Shown here: positions 56,985 to 64,000 of the stretch, piece by piece | Position numbering within the stretch: the first letter of the stretch is position 1 | Layout: every line of letters starts with the position of its first letter | IMG/VR virus record: IMGVR_UViG_3300025645_000047 | Span: 26,571-90,570 of that record | DNA from: a virus | DNA length: 64,000 nt | Strand: one strand, 5' to 3' | Notes under the pieces: model-generated | Seen by the model: only the letters and a program-made list of their open reading frames with translations | Database searches by the model: none | What the model was told of the DNA's origin: nothing | Program-made: the position numbers and the translations under genes

Positions 56985-58218
56985 GATATGTTATGTATTT
57001 TTTATTAAAATTTTCCATTGATTTTCTAAAGTAAACCTCGTCCTGTGTATTCTGAACTACAAGTAAATGCATTTCAGGAAACTCATGTCTAAGGCACCTA
57101 CCTAACATTTGAAAGAAAGATCCAATTCCACTATCTAATTGTGTTATTATTCCTCTCTCTATATTTGTTAAGTTTACTCCCTCTCTTAGCATCTTTACCG
57201 CAAATAATTCAGTACACTCTTCGTTGTTGAAGCAGTCAATCAATTGTTGATTTAACTTATCATCATTCTTAGAGTGTACTGCACTATCAGAGCCTAGCTC
57301 TTTAACTTGCTTTATGGATCCTGTGAAGCATATAAACCTTGCATTATCTAATCTAAATTGCTTTACCAGATCTTTAACAGGATGCGTCTTAACTTCAGCA
57401 ATGAATTTCTTCCTTGTTGATGCTATGTTTAGGAACTTGTTCCTGCATCCTACTCTCACTGGGTAGGGTATTTTTAGATCTTCTGATAATTCTTGATAAT
57501 AAACCATTTGTTTAGTCAGTGCTGTATAAGTTTCTTGCTCAGTTCCTTGACATATAATACCCCAAGCTTTTGGAGTATTTTTTAAGGTCATGAACAGATC
57601 TTTATGACTACACTTTTTAAACTTACCTGTTTTCTTATCTTTTGGCATTCTTGCTTTGTATTCCCATAATTTGCCACGGACAATCTTATCGTTGAGGTAT
57701 ATTTTGTGAACCACCAATGATGGTTCAGGCAATAACTTCAATTCAAATGCTTTGTCCAGAGAAATAGTATAATAATGAACTTTTTTACAAAGTCTATTTA
57801 TTAATTCCTTTTTCTCTTTGGGTATAGTAGCAGAAAGAAAGATGAGCTTGGTGCCTTTTTGTAGCACTTGTCTTAAATGCTTTATCCTTAACGGAGTTAA
57901 AGCATGACACTCATCTAACACAACAAAATCAGCCTTGTCATTTTGATTCTTAAGAGATGCATACAATATAGTTTTCATGGATTTTTCCACTTTACTCATT
58001 TTGTGCTTCTTAATATCTAACAACCAATTCTTTTTGTGTGTACTTTCTTTGCAAATTAAATAACCTTTAGCTTTAGGGTTACTCTTTAATATATCATTTA
58101 CAATCTTAACGGCAGCAAGGGTTTTACCCGTACCAGTTGACCATTCAAGACAGATAAATCTGTTTTTCCTGCTTAACTGTACTGCCTTAGATTGTATTGA
58201 ATCTTTAGGAGTCATCAT
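56977..58218 (-). CDS. Superfamily 2 (DExH) helicase
   Basis: STGTGKT, LDECH, LSAT, MLREGVNL, QMLGRCLR. Confidence 0.88.
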   Translation of the reverse strand: MMTPKDSIQSKAVQLSRKNRFICLEWSTGTGKTLAAVKIVNDILKSNPKAKGYLICKESTHKKNWLLDIKKHKMSKVEKSMKTILYASLKNQNDKADFVVLDECHALTPLRIKHLRQVLQKGTKLIFLSATIPKEKKELINRLCKKVHYYTISLDKAFELKLLPEPSLVVHKIYLNDKIVRGKLWEYKARMPKDKKTGKFKKCSHKDLFMTLKNTPKAWGIICQGTEQETYTALTKQMVYYQELSEDLKIPYPVRVGCRNKFLNIASTRKKFIAEVKTHPVKDLVKQFRLDNARFICFTGSIKQVKELGSDSAVHSKNDDKLNQQLIDCFNNEECTELFAVKMLREGVNLTNIERGIITQLDSGIGSFFQMLGRCLRHEFPEMHLLVVQNTQDEVYFRKSMENFNKKYITYHG

Positions 58219-58702
58219 CGTCTGATCTCATTCCTTTAATCATATTTTCTACAATATCATCAATCTCTTCATCAGTGATGTTTTCAATGTCTTTTGCATT
58301 GATCGCTAATCCTTTGTCACCATTAGGAAGATCAACATTCTTTGAACGTCTATTTTCAATTCCTTCAAATAGTTTATTCATTGGTGTGTTCTCTTCTTTA
58401 TGGAGCTTTGATGCAACTAATTGTAACAACATAGCAAAATGATCGTTACTTCTAGCTGACGCTACTAATGCTTTCTCAAGATCCCCTGCGTTACCTTGTA
58501 TTAATGTGCTTCCACCTTCACTGGTTGAAACTACCATCATGATGCTAATAGACTTGTCATTTTCTGTTATGTCTCTAACATCATCTACAAGGTTATTCAG
58601 ACGTTCAACATTTGTGATATCATTTTTATCACGTGTTATCTCGTCTGGTTTTTCTTTTTTTACTTCTTCTACTTTTGGTTTTTTTCTACTAAATAATCCC
58701 AT
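58205..58702 (-). CDS. Hypothetical protein
   Basis: 165-aa ORF in operon orientation. Confidence 0.6.
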   Translation of the reverse strand: MGLFSRKKPKVEEVKKEKPDEITRDKNDITNVERLNNLVDDVRDITENDKSISIMMVVSTSEGGSTLIQGNAGDLEKALVASARSNDHFAMLLQLVASKLHKEENTPMNKLFEGIENRRSKNVDLPNGDKGLAINAKDIENITDEEIDDIVENMIKGMRSDDDDS

Positions 58703-58707
58703 AATTT

Positions 58708-59076
58708 CTAATCTGTTGTAAAGTTAAAATCTAAATAAGGTAATACCTCTGTTGTTGTTTGAAATCTATTGATAAAGTCAGTCACTGAGACGTGTCTATC
58801 TATAATGTCTTTCATTCCTTTTAAAGCCTCATTATTTGCTTTCCTCTGTAATCCTTGTATTAACTTTTTGGCTAATCCAGGTGGCATTCCTGCTGATTGC
58901 TCAGTGATGGCTTCAATACCTTCTTGAGTTTTCTTCTGAAATTTTTCTTTGGCTTTAATGATATTAGTACACATTCTGTATTCTTCTTTGGCCATGTTCA
59001 GTACTGACTCAAATTCATCAATACTAATTGCGTTTTTAAAGTCTTTAAATGCTGGTTCATTGTTTGTGTCTTCCAT
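58708..59076 (-). CDS. Hypothetical helical protein
   Basis: 122-aa ORF, tightly packed. Confidence 0.6.
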   Translation of the reverse strand: MEDTNNEPAFKDFKNAISIDEFESVLNMAKEEYRMCTNIIKAKEKFQKKTQEGIEAITEQSAGMPPGLAKKLIQGLQRKANNEALKGMKDIIDRHVSVTDFINRFQTTTEVLPYLDFNFTTD

Positions 59077-59078
59077 TT

Positions 59079-59321
59079 TTAATTTGTTTTAGTTGTTAAT
59101 GTTCTATATTCTAATTCTAACTGCAATGTATTAAGATTCGATGTTCCGTATCCTTCTTTTCTAGCTTTCTTGATAGTATTCTTAATGTGATTCTCATCCA
59201 TATCACATAATAAGACAGATTTACCATTGGATCTAATCCAGGTAAAACTCTGTCTTACTTTCATGTGCTCTTCAAAGTGTGAAGCTTTAAACTTAATACC
59301 TCTTCTTTTTCTTAGCTCCAT
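59079..59321 (-). CDS. Small conserved phage protein
   Basis: W..SNGK...LCDMDENHIKNTI motif. Confidence 0.6.
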   Translation of the reverse strand: MELRKRRGIKFKASHFEEHMKVRQSFTWIRSNGKSVLLCDMDENHIKNTIKKARKEGYGTSNLNTLQLELEYRTLTTKTN

Positions 59322-59322
59322 A

Positions 59323-59622
59323 TTAATAGTTTACATAATTAATATTGGATCTAACTTCCGCTGCATTCTTATGCCTCTTGTCATACAACTTACCACGCAA
59401 ATGTGGATTTACTTCTTGTATTTTCTGTCTAGCTCTTCTTATTGCTTCTGGAGAGGTTCTTTTACCACCGCCAAACTCAATAAGGAACTCTTTAAAAGTA
59501 GATGCACTTGATTCACTCCACCATATTTTAGAGATAAGTTTATTATCATCATCTCTAAGATATGGTAGAGTCTCAAGAAGAAACTCTACTTTATCTTTAG
59601 TTTTCATTATTGATTCTAACAT
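59323..59622 (-). CDS. Small conserved phage protein (possible DNA-binding)
   Basis: PYLRDDDNKL...SPEAIRRARQKIQE.NPHLRG motif. Confidence 0.6.
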   Translation of the reverse strand: MLESIMKTKDKVEFLLETLPYLRDDDNKLISKIWWSESSASTFKEFLIEFGGGKRTSPEAIRRARQKIQEVNPHLRGKLYDKRHKNAAEVRSNINYVNY

Positions 59623-59631
59623 TTGTAGGTT

Positions 59632-59757
59632 TTATAGTTCGTCTATTTTGTTTTGTATATCATCTATTGCATTTAAAATATGAATACATTTTTCTTTTGT
59701 ATTGTTTTTTAAAATGCAATTATATACTTCGTCTAGTTTTCTTTGAATTTCATCCAT
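59632..59757 (-). CDS. Small hypothetical protein (41 aa)
   Basis: MDEIQRKLDEVYNCILKNNTKEKCIHILNAIDDIQNKIDEL* fills the gap. Confidence 0.45.
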   Translation of the reverse strand: MDEIQRKLDEVYNCILKNNTKEKCIHILNAIDDIQNKIDEL

Positions 59758-59837
59758 GTGTTACCATTTATCAAACATGTCTCCGGATAAAGTGACTACA
59801 AACCATCTTATGGCTAGAAATCCTAATACCCAGAATA

Positions 59838-60128
59838 TCATGTATTTCTTTTCTTTTTATGATACCAACTATTGTCCATTTTCTGAGAACACTGACATTT
59901 CTGACATGACCCATGAAATCTTTCAAAACTTTCTAGTTCTTCTAAACAAGAGTTGCATACATACACATATTTCTCTTCTTCTCGTTGAAGCTCTCTTCCC
60001 TTTAATAATGATTTTAATACAAAGATCAATAATACAAGGCAAAATATAAGCTCCAATATGATAAATATTTTCATTCCTGTGTCGTCCATAATAAATATTT
60101 TTATACTTGTGCTATCCATCATATCCAT
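59838..60128 (-). CDS. Membrane-anchored protein with CxxC...CxxC zinc ribbon
   Basis: One TM segment followed by VCNSC...SCQKC. Confidence 0.55.
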   Translation of the reverse strand: MDMMDSTSIKIFIMDDTGMKIFIILELIFCLVLLIFVLKSLLKGRELQREEEKYVYVCNSCLEELESFERFHGSCQKCQCSQKMDNSWYHKKKRNT

Positions 60129-60336
60129 CGGTGTTATCGTAAACTGAAACTTTGTCTACTTTGGTTAAATGAGCAATTTTTGATATTATATCTTTTGATA
60201 TCATTCTAAAGAATCCAGGTGCAAAAATAGGCCTCTTGCCATCTTCTTGTAATCTGTCTAACTCTAGTTCTAGTTCAGTAACGTGGGTTGCTAATGCATC
60301 CACTATAAATCCTGCTTCGTATTCTGTAAATTTCAT
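60112..60336 (-). CDS. Hypothetical protein
   Basis: 74 aa; overlaps its neighbours. Confidence 0.6.
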   Translation of the reverse strand: MKFTEYEAGFIVDALATHVTELELELDRLQEDGKRPIFAPGFFRMISKDIISKIAHLTKVDKVSVYDNTDGYDG

Positions 60337-60560
60337 TATATTCTGTCGTTATAAGTGTCTAGTAATAGTCGTTCAACTCTGCGTCTTAGGTAGTAGGTTA
60401 ATTCATCTACTACCTCACAGCCTTTGTCATTGCATACGCTGTGTATTTCTACATCAGGTGCATAAGGTGCTTCTTCGTAACTTCCTGCGAAGCCACCACC
60501 AACATATCCTTTTATGATATGAGGTATTCCTTCTAAATCAAATTCTATTTCTAATTCCAT
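60336..60560 (-). CDS. Hypothetical protein
   Basis: 74 aa; 1-nt overlaps on both sides. Confidence 0.6.
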   Translation of the reverse strand: MELEIEFDLEGIPHIIKGYVGGGFAGSYEEAPYAPDVEIHSVCNDKGCEVVDELTYYLRRRVERLLLDTYNDRI

Positions 60561-60766
60561 TAGAATTCTGATTTTGTATGGTCACTGTTTTTATCCTCCT
60601 CCAATTTGTCATAAAGTGATGCCATACTAACTAAAGTAAAGACAACACCCATTCCAAATAAGAACTGAATTAACTCTACAGACCAGTGTGAATCAGGAGT
60701 TAATATAGTATTTAATGCAAAGAAACCAATAAGGCATATTGCAAGTAAAATCCATCTATTTTTCAT
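60560..60766 (-). CDS. Small two-TM membrane protein
   Basis: Two hydrophobic helices. Confidence 0.6.
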   Translation of the reverse strand: MKNRWILLAICLIGFFALNTILTPDSHWSVELIQFLFGMGVVFTLVSMASLYDKLEEDKNSDHTKSEF

Positions 60767-60793
60767 ATTGTTTGTGTTATTGGTTAGTATTAA

Positions 60794-60940
60794 TTAATCA
60801 CAAGGAACATCAATGTAGTAACAACACCCTTGACTAGGTGATGGATTCTCTCTAATGATTAACTCTACACATTCCTTGTCAGGTTCACATGATGCAAACA
60901 TTGCAAGCATCATAGTTGATAATAATATTACTTTTTTCAT
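60794..60940 (-). CDS. Small lipoprotein (48 aa)
   Basis: MKKVILLSTMMLAMFASC lipobox followed by an acidic, Cys-rich mature peptide. Confidence 0.6.
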   Translation of the reverse strand: MKKVILLSTMMLAMFASCEPDKECVELIIRENPSPSQGCCYYIDVPCD

Positions 60941-60959
60941 ATTGTTTTTGTTTTAATTG

Positions 60960-61241
60960 TTATCTATTGTATTTTGAACTATTATGTTCCTGTGCTTTCT
61001 CTTTAGCTCCTTTTAAAGCATTAATCTGTTCTTGATCAAAACCTGAAGCTTCAAGATTAGATATTGCAGAGTCTAGACTCTTACTTACCATAGCATCTGA
61101 CTTTTTCATTGCTGCTAATAACTTTTCAGTTGCATTATCTAGTTCTTGTTGATTAATATCTAGTCCTTCATTTTTTTTTATAGAACAACTTAATCGTTGT
61201 GACAAAGCCAAAGCTTCTGTGTCTGTTAAATTTACTATCAT
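60960..61241 (-). CDS. Hypothetical helical protein
   Basis: 93-aa ORF with an A-rich leader. Confidence 0.55.
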   Translation of the reverse strand: MIVNLTDTEALALSQRLSCSIKKNEGLDINQQELDNATEKLLAAMKKSDAMVSKSLDSAISNLEASGFDQEQINALKGAKEKAQEHNSSKYNR

Positions 61242-61271
61242 ATTGTTTATTTATTAGTATTTATTTAATTG

Positions 61272-61448
61272 TTATTTATCTATTTGTGTTGAGTCTTCTA
61301 CATGGAGGCTCTTTATCCAATCTGAATTTTCTCTTTGGTATTTCTTAAAAAATTTTGAACACTCTTCTCTTTCTTGAGCAGTAATGTTTTGTTTCTTAAG
61401 CATTTTAAGGTATTTAGATCTAAGTATTCTTTGCTCTGAATAACCCAT
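61272..61448 (-). CDS. Small hypothetical protein (58 aa)
   Basis: MGYSEQRILRSKYLKML...TQIDK*; TAATG overlap with the upstream gene. Confidence 0.5.
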   Translation of the reverse strand: MGYSEQRILRSKYLKMLKKQNITAQEREECSKFFKKYQRENSDWIKSLHVEDSTQIDK

Positions 61449-61645
61449 TAATCTAAATCTTTATACCAGTAGTATATTGATGCTACAAATCCAAAAGGTA
61501 TAATACGAGATAGAAATTGTTTTTTAGTTTGTATTTCCTTGTCTTTGTTGAATTCTTCATGTGAATCTTCTGATAATGTAACACATGTTGTAAATATTTG
61601 TATAACCCACACTACTACTATTAGTGCTATTAAAAATGCCATCAT
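61448..61645 (-). CDS. Small membrane protein
   Basis: N- and C-terminal hydrophobic segments. Confidence 0.55.
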   Translation of the reverse strand: MMAFLIALIVVVWVIQIFTTCVTLSEDSHEEFNKDKEIQTKKQFLSRIIPFGFVASIYYWYKDLD

Positions 61646-61979
61646 AATTTATTTGTTTTAATTGATTATTAAATACAAGCTGGAGCCCCCTATAGAGGCC
61701 CACTATTAAGCTTGCTGTTTTATCTCGTTCACTTCAATACCTATCTTATTCGATAGATAATCCCATGTATGGCTGACGATATCCGCAGTTTATCCAATTT
61801 GCAGTTTTAGAATATCTGGTTATTAATTATTCTTGTTTGTTATCTAAGTACTGCTTACATCTTATTAGCTGTTACTTGGTAATCGAGTCATTAACTATAT
61901 AGCTCTTTTATAGTCACTAATAATATTTTGAGGTAGCTGTAATTCACTACCTCTAGCTTGAGATTATCTCTAGCCCATT

Positions 61980-62243
61980 TTATTTGATTCTCACTACAGC
62001 TTTATGTGTAACGTGATTATCTTTAAGTTCAAAATCATCCGGTAATACACCTTTGTATCTTCCGTACAATACACAGTGTTTGTTGCTTACTCTTGCAACT
62101 AGTGTATCTCCTACTTTACTTATGTAATTAGAGTCTGCAAGCGTCATGGTTCTTCCATCTGTTACAGATTCTACTACAACTAATGTTGATTCACAGCTTG
62201 TTAATGACAATACTGCTATCAATAATATAATATAATTTTTCAT
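61980..62243 (-). CDS. Lipoprotein
   Basis: MKNYIILLIAVLSLTSC lipobox. Confidence 0.65.
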   Translation of the reverse strand: MKNYIILLIAVLSLTSCESTLVVVESVTDGRTMTLADSNYISKVGDTLVARVSNKHCVLYGRYKGVLPDDFELKDNHVTHKAVVRIK

Positions 62244-62265
62244 TTTGTTTGTGTTAGATTATTAA

Positions 62266-62376
62266 TTATTCATTTTCTTCTAGTTCTTCAGTAAACACGG
62301 CATTGTCTAAACAAGCACCACATCTATCGTCACTTAAGTAACTTGGTTCAGCTCCACAGCAATCACTATATAACAT
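62266..62376 (-). CDS. Tiny zinc-finger-like protein (36 aa)
   Basis: MLYSDCCGAEPSYLSDDRCGACLDNAVF...; S-x-CCGA...CxxC motif recalled from Bacteroidetes phages. Confidence 0.6.
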   Translation of the reverse strand: MLYSDCCGAEPSYLSDDRCGACLDNAVFTEELEENE

Positions 62377-62629
62377 AGTATTTTGTATTTAAGGTGTTAA
62401 AGTTAATCCAAGGATATACTCCCCAGCAGTTTTTAAAGCAGGAATTATTCCTTTATGCTTCCTTGGATTGTTTGAAAAGCCTGCTGTCTAAAGGTTCAGG
62501 TACACTCTGTATTAGACTTTAACGGTATCATTCAGTAGAGCATTAAAAAGGCATGACTGAAGTATTGTGTACGCACCCAGCAGGGCTTTATTGTATATCA
62601 TATCACACTATTATTGTGTGACATGATAT

Positions 62630-62755
62630 CTATGCTAGTGATAGTTTACCATATATGTGGTTGTCCATATCATCTTGATCAATAGAAGCTATTTGAATAT
62701 CTTCTGTATTAAAATTAATTGATCCGGTTTCCTGAAAAAATATTTCTCCATTCAT
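62630..62755 (-). CDS. Small acidic hypothetical protein (41 aa)
   Basis: MNGEIFFQETGSINFNTEDIQIASIDQDDMDNHIYGKLSLA* with an A-rich leader. Confidence 0.4.
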   Translation of the reverse strand: MNGEIFFQETGSINFNTEDIQIASIDQDDMDNHIYGKLSLA

Positions 62756-62794
62756 AATTTAAGTGATTTGTTAGTTAATGATTTGTTTTAGTTA

Positions 62795-63022
62795 TTAAAG
62801 TTTACTTGTAAAGTGTTTCTCGAACATTAGTATTCCTGATGCTCCTATTAAAAAACCTATTACTTTTATAGTTAGTATTGTAAGAAGCCTAATGTGGCCA
62901 ATTGTATTGTCGATTATTTCTGGAAGAATATACTTAGATGGTATAATCAATAATGCATAACCAATAAAGATTATGCATATTGATACTACTAAATAGATTC
63001 CTAGCCTATTTTCTAATTTCAT
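62795..63022 (-). CDS. Small two-TM membrane protein
   Basis: Two hydrophobic helices. Confidence 0.55.
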   Translation of the reverse strand: MKLENRLGIYLVVSICIIFIGYALLIIPSKYILPEIIDNTIGHIRLLTILTIKVIGFLIGASGILMFEKHFTSKL

Positions 63023-63023
63023 A

Positions 63024-63110
63024 TTAATGATTGAACGATTTATTTATGGTTAATGCTTCTTGCAAAGAATATGCTGCTATAACTCTACCGTTGATTACAA
63101 ATTTACTCAT
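63024..63110 (-). CDS. Very small ORF (28 aa)
   Basis: MSKFVINGRVIAAYSLQEALTINKSFNH*; A-rich leader, abuts the next gene. Confidence 0.4.
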   Translation of the reverse strand: MSKFVINGRVIAAYSLQEALTINKSFNH

Positions 63111-63279
63111 AGTTTTTTGTATTTATATGTTAATTTAAAAAGTTATTGTAATGTTGTGTCAGGTCATTACTTCACCTGTAGATTTACACACCTTACTACC
63201 ATAGTGTGTATCAGCTTTATTTACGTAGAACCACAAAGGGCTAAAGACTGTCTTACACAAACAATGTAAGATTTAATAG

Positions 63280-63350
63280 TTAGAATGAAGGGGATTGAAC
63301 CCTTATTAATACTATATTAATTTGTATTGTAATACTTATACTACATTCTA
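63280..63350 (-). tRNA. Degenerate tRNA-like element (pseudo-tRNA, anticodon not assignable)
   Basis: - strand: acceptor TAGAATG/CATTCTA, T8-A9, weak D arm, AATAC/GTATT stem with an 11-nt loop, perfect T arm AAGGG-TTCAATC-CCCTT; no encoded CCA. Confidence 0.6.
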
Positions 63351-63354
63351 ATTT

Positions 63355-64000
63355 AAACAGGAAGGAAGCTCACTCCAGAAATGTCAATTACTTTAAATGA
63401 GCTTCACAATTAATCCTGCCTAGTAAGTACTGCTTACACTTACTGTACCGTGTACCCGGTTGACGGTTCCTGTTTGCATATTCCACAGGCAAGTCATTCA
63501 CAATATGGTCGACCAGACTTTCATATTGCACTCTGCATACAGTGGGTCAATTCTGTCTTACAAATCAGCTTATTCCCTGCTTAAGGTAAGATATTAGACT
63601 CAATCGGTGTCTAGTTATCAGTTCAACCGTCCTCCTCACTACCCACTTTGGGTGCTAGAGGCATCTCTATTTTCTGTATTCATGTTTAGTATGGATAGGT
63701 ACATACTGTCATTTCATATTCCTATCGTTAATACTCCCCTAGAACAATGGTTCCTTAGTGGGGAATAATAAGGTACTAGTCAAGGCTACTATGATGAGTC
63801 TATTGTATGCAGTTTACATACACATGGGCTTATGAATAGTCTAACTATTCTACCTTCAACTTACCGTTATATATCCGCAGATAGCCAACACTGCTTTTAA
63901 TGACTAGTATTTTAATTTTGTAAAAATATATATTATACTTGCACCGACCTTAAGAGTCTGCACTTCCTACCTTGTAGGATATGCGTGTTTTGTGGTAATT
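63355..64000. ncRNA. Candidate large structured non-coding RNA region (truncated by window end)
   Basis: No ORF in the track, more GC-rich than typical intergenic DNA here, more than 10 hairpins and long-range helices (63774-63782/63901-63909; 63462-63468/63625-63631). Confidence 0.45.

Noticed and set aside
41872-59622. Absence of DNA polymerase, terminase and portal genes
   Set aside because: The window covers only part of a crAss-like genome, and these genes probably lie outside it.
1-64000. Stop-codon reassignment (TAG or TGA), known in some crAss-like phages
   Set aside because: Long genes are uninterrupted under the standard code, and TAG (e.g. 830, 4605, 6465, 25595) and TGA (624) end genes at sensible boundaries.
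61650-64000. CRISPR mini-array, tmRNA, RNase P RNA or a known small ribozyme (hammerhead, HDV/theta, twister, pistol)
   Set aside because: Repeats are 10-15 nt, occur in pairs and are irregularly spaced. I could not match the conserved cores of these RNAs by eye; a covariance-model search is still needed.

Overview
This is a 64-kb segment of an AT-rich crAss-like phage (order Crassvirales), most similar in layout to the Flavobacteriia-infecting Cellulophaga phage phi14:2 type. It uses the standard genetic code. The + strand (1-41.8 kb) is the virion module: lysis-type genes, scaffold-like gene, crAss-type major capsid protein, portal-vertex, ring, auxiliary-capsid and hub proteins, a metallophosphoesterase, an IHF-like protein, the muzzle, cargo/ejection proteins and a 2196-aa virion RNA polymerase (DFDID motif). 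The - strand (41.8-64 kb) converges on a bidirectional terminator. It carries replication and repair genes (primase, DnaB-like and SF2 helicases, ATP-dependent ligase, RusA-like resolvase, PD-(D/E)XK exonuclease, dNMP kinase), a MoxR-VWA pair, a spore-photoproduct-lyase-like radical SAM enzyme, many small early genes, and a hairpin-dense non-coding end region with a degenerate tRNA-like element. Top observations: (1) about 7,350 aa of putative ejected proteins contain only four cysteines, placed exactly at the head-to-tail junctions of the three giant proteins, which suggests a disulfide daisy chain; (2) the cargo-protein gene appears split by an inserted adaptor plus BspA/DUF285 fibre module that carries an apparently circularly permuted host-type domain; (3) repeated aromatic-x-x-GG motifs could mark polyprotein processing sites; (4) there is a candidate large structured ncRNA region with shared motifs; (5) two identical-architecture promoters appear leaderless. 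All family calls come from motif recognition, gene order and recall; no database search was run.
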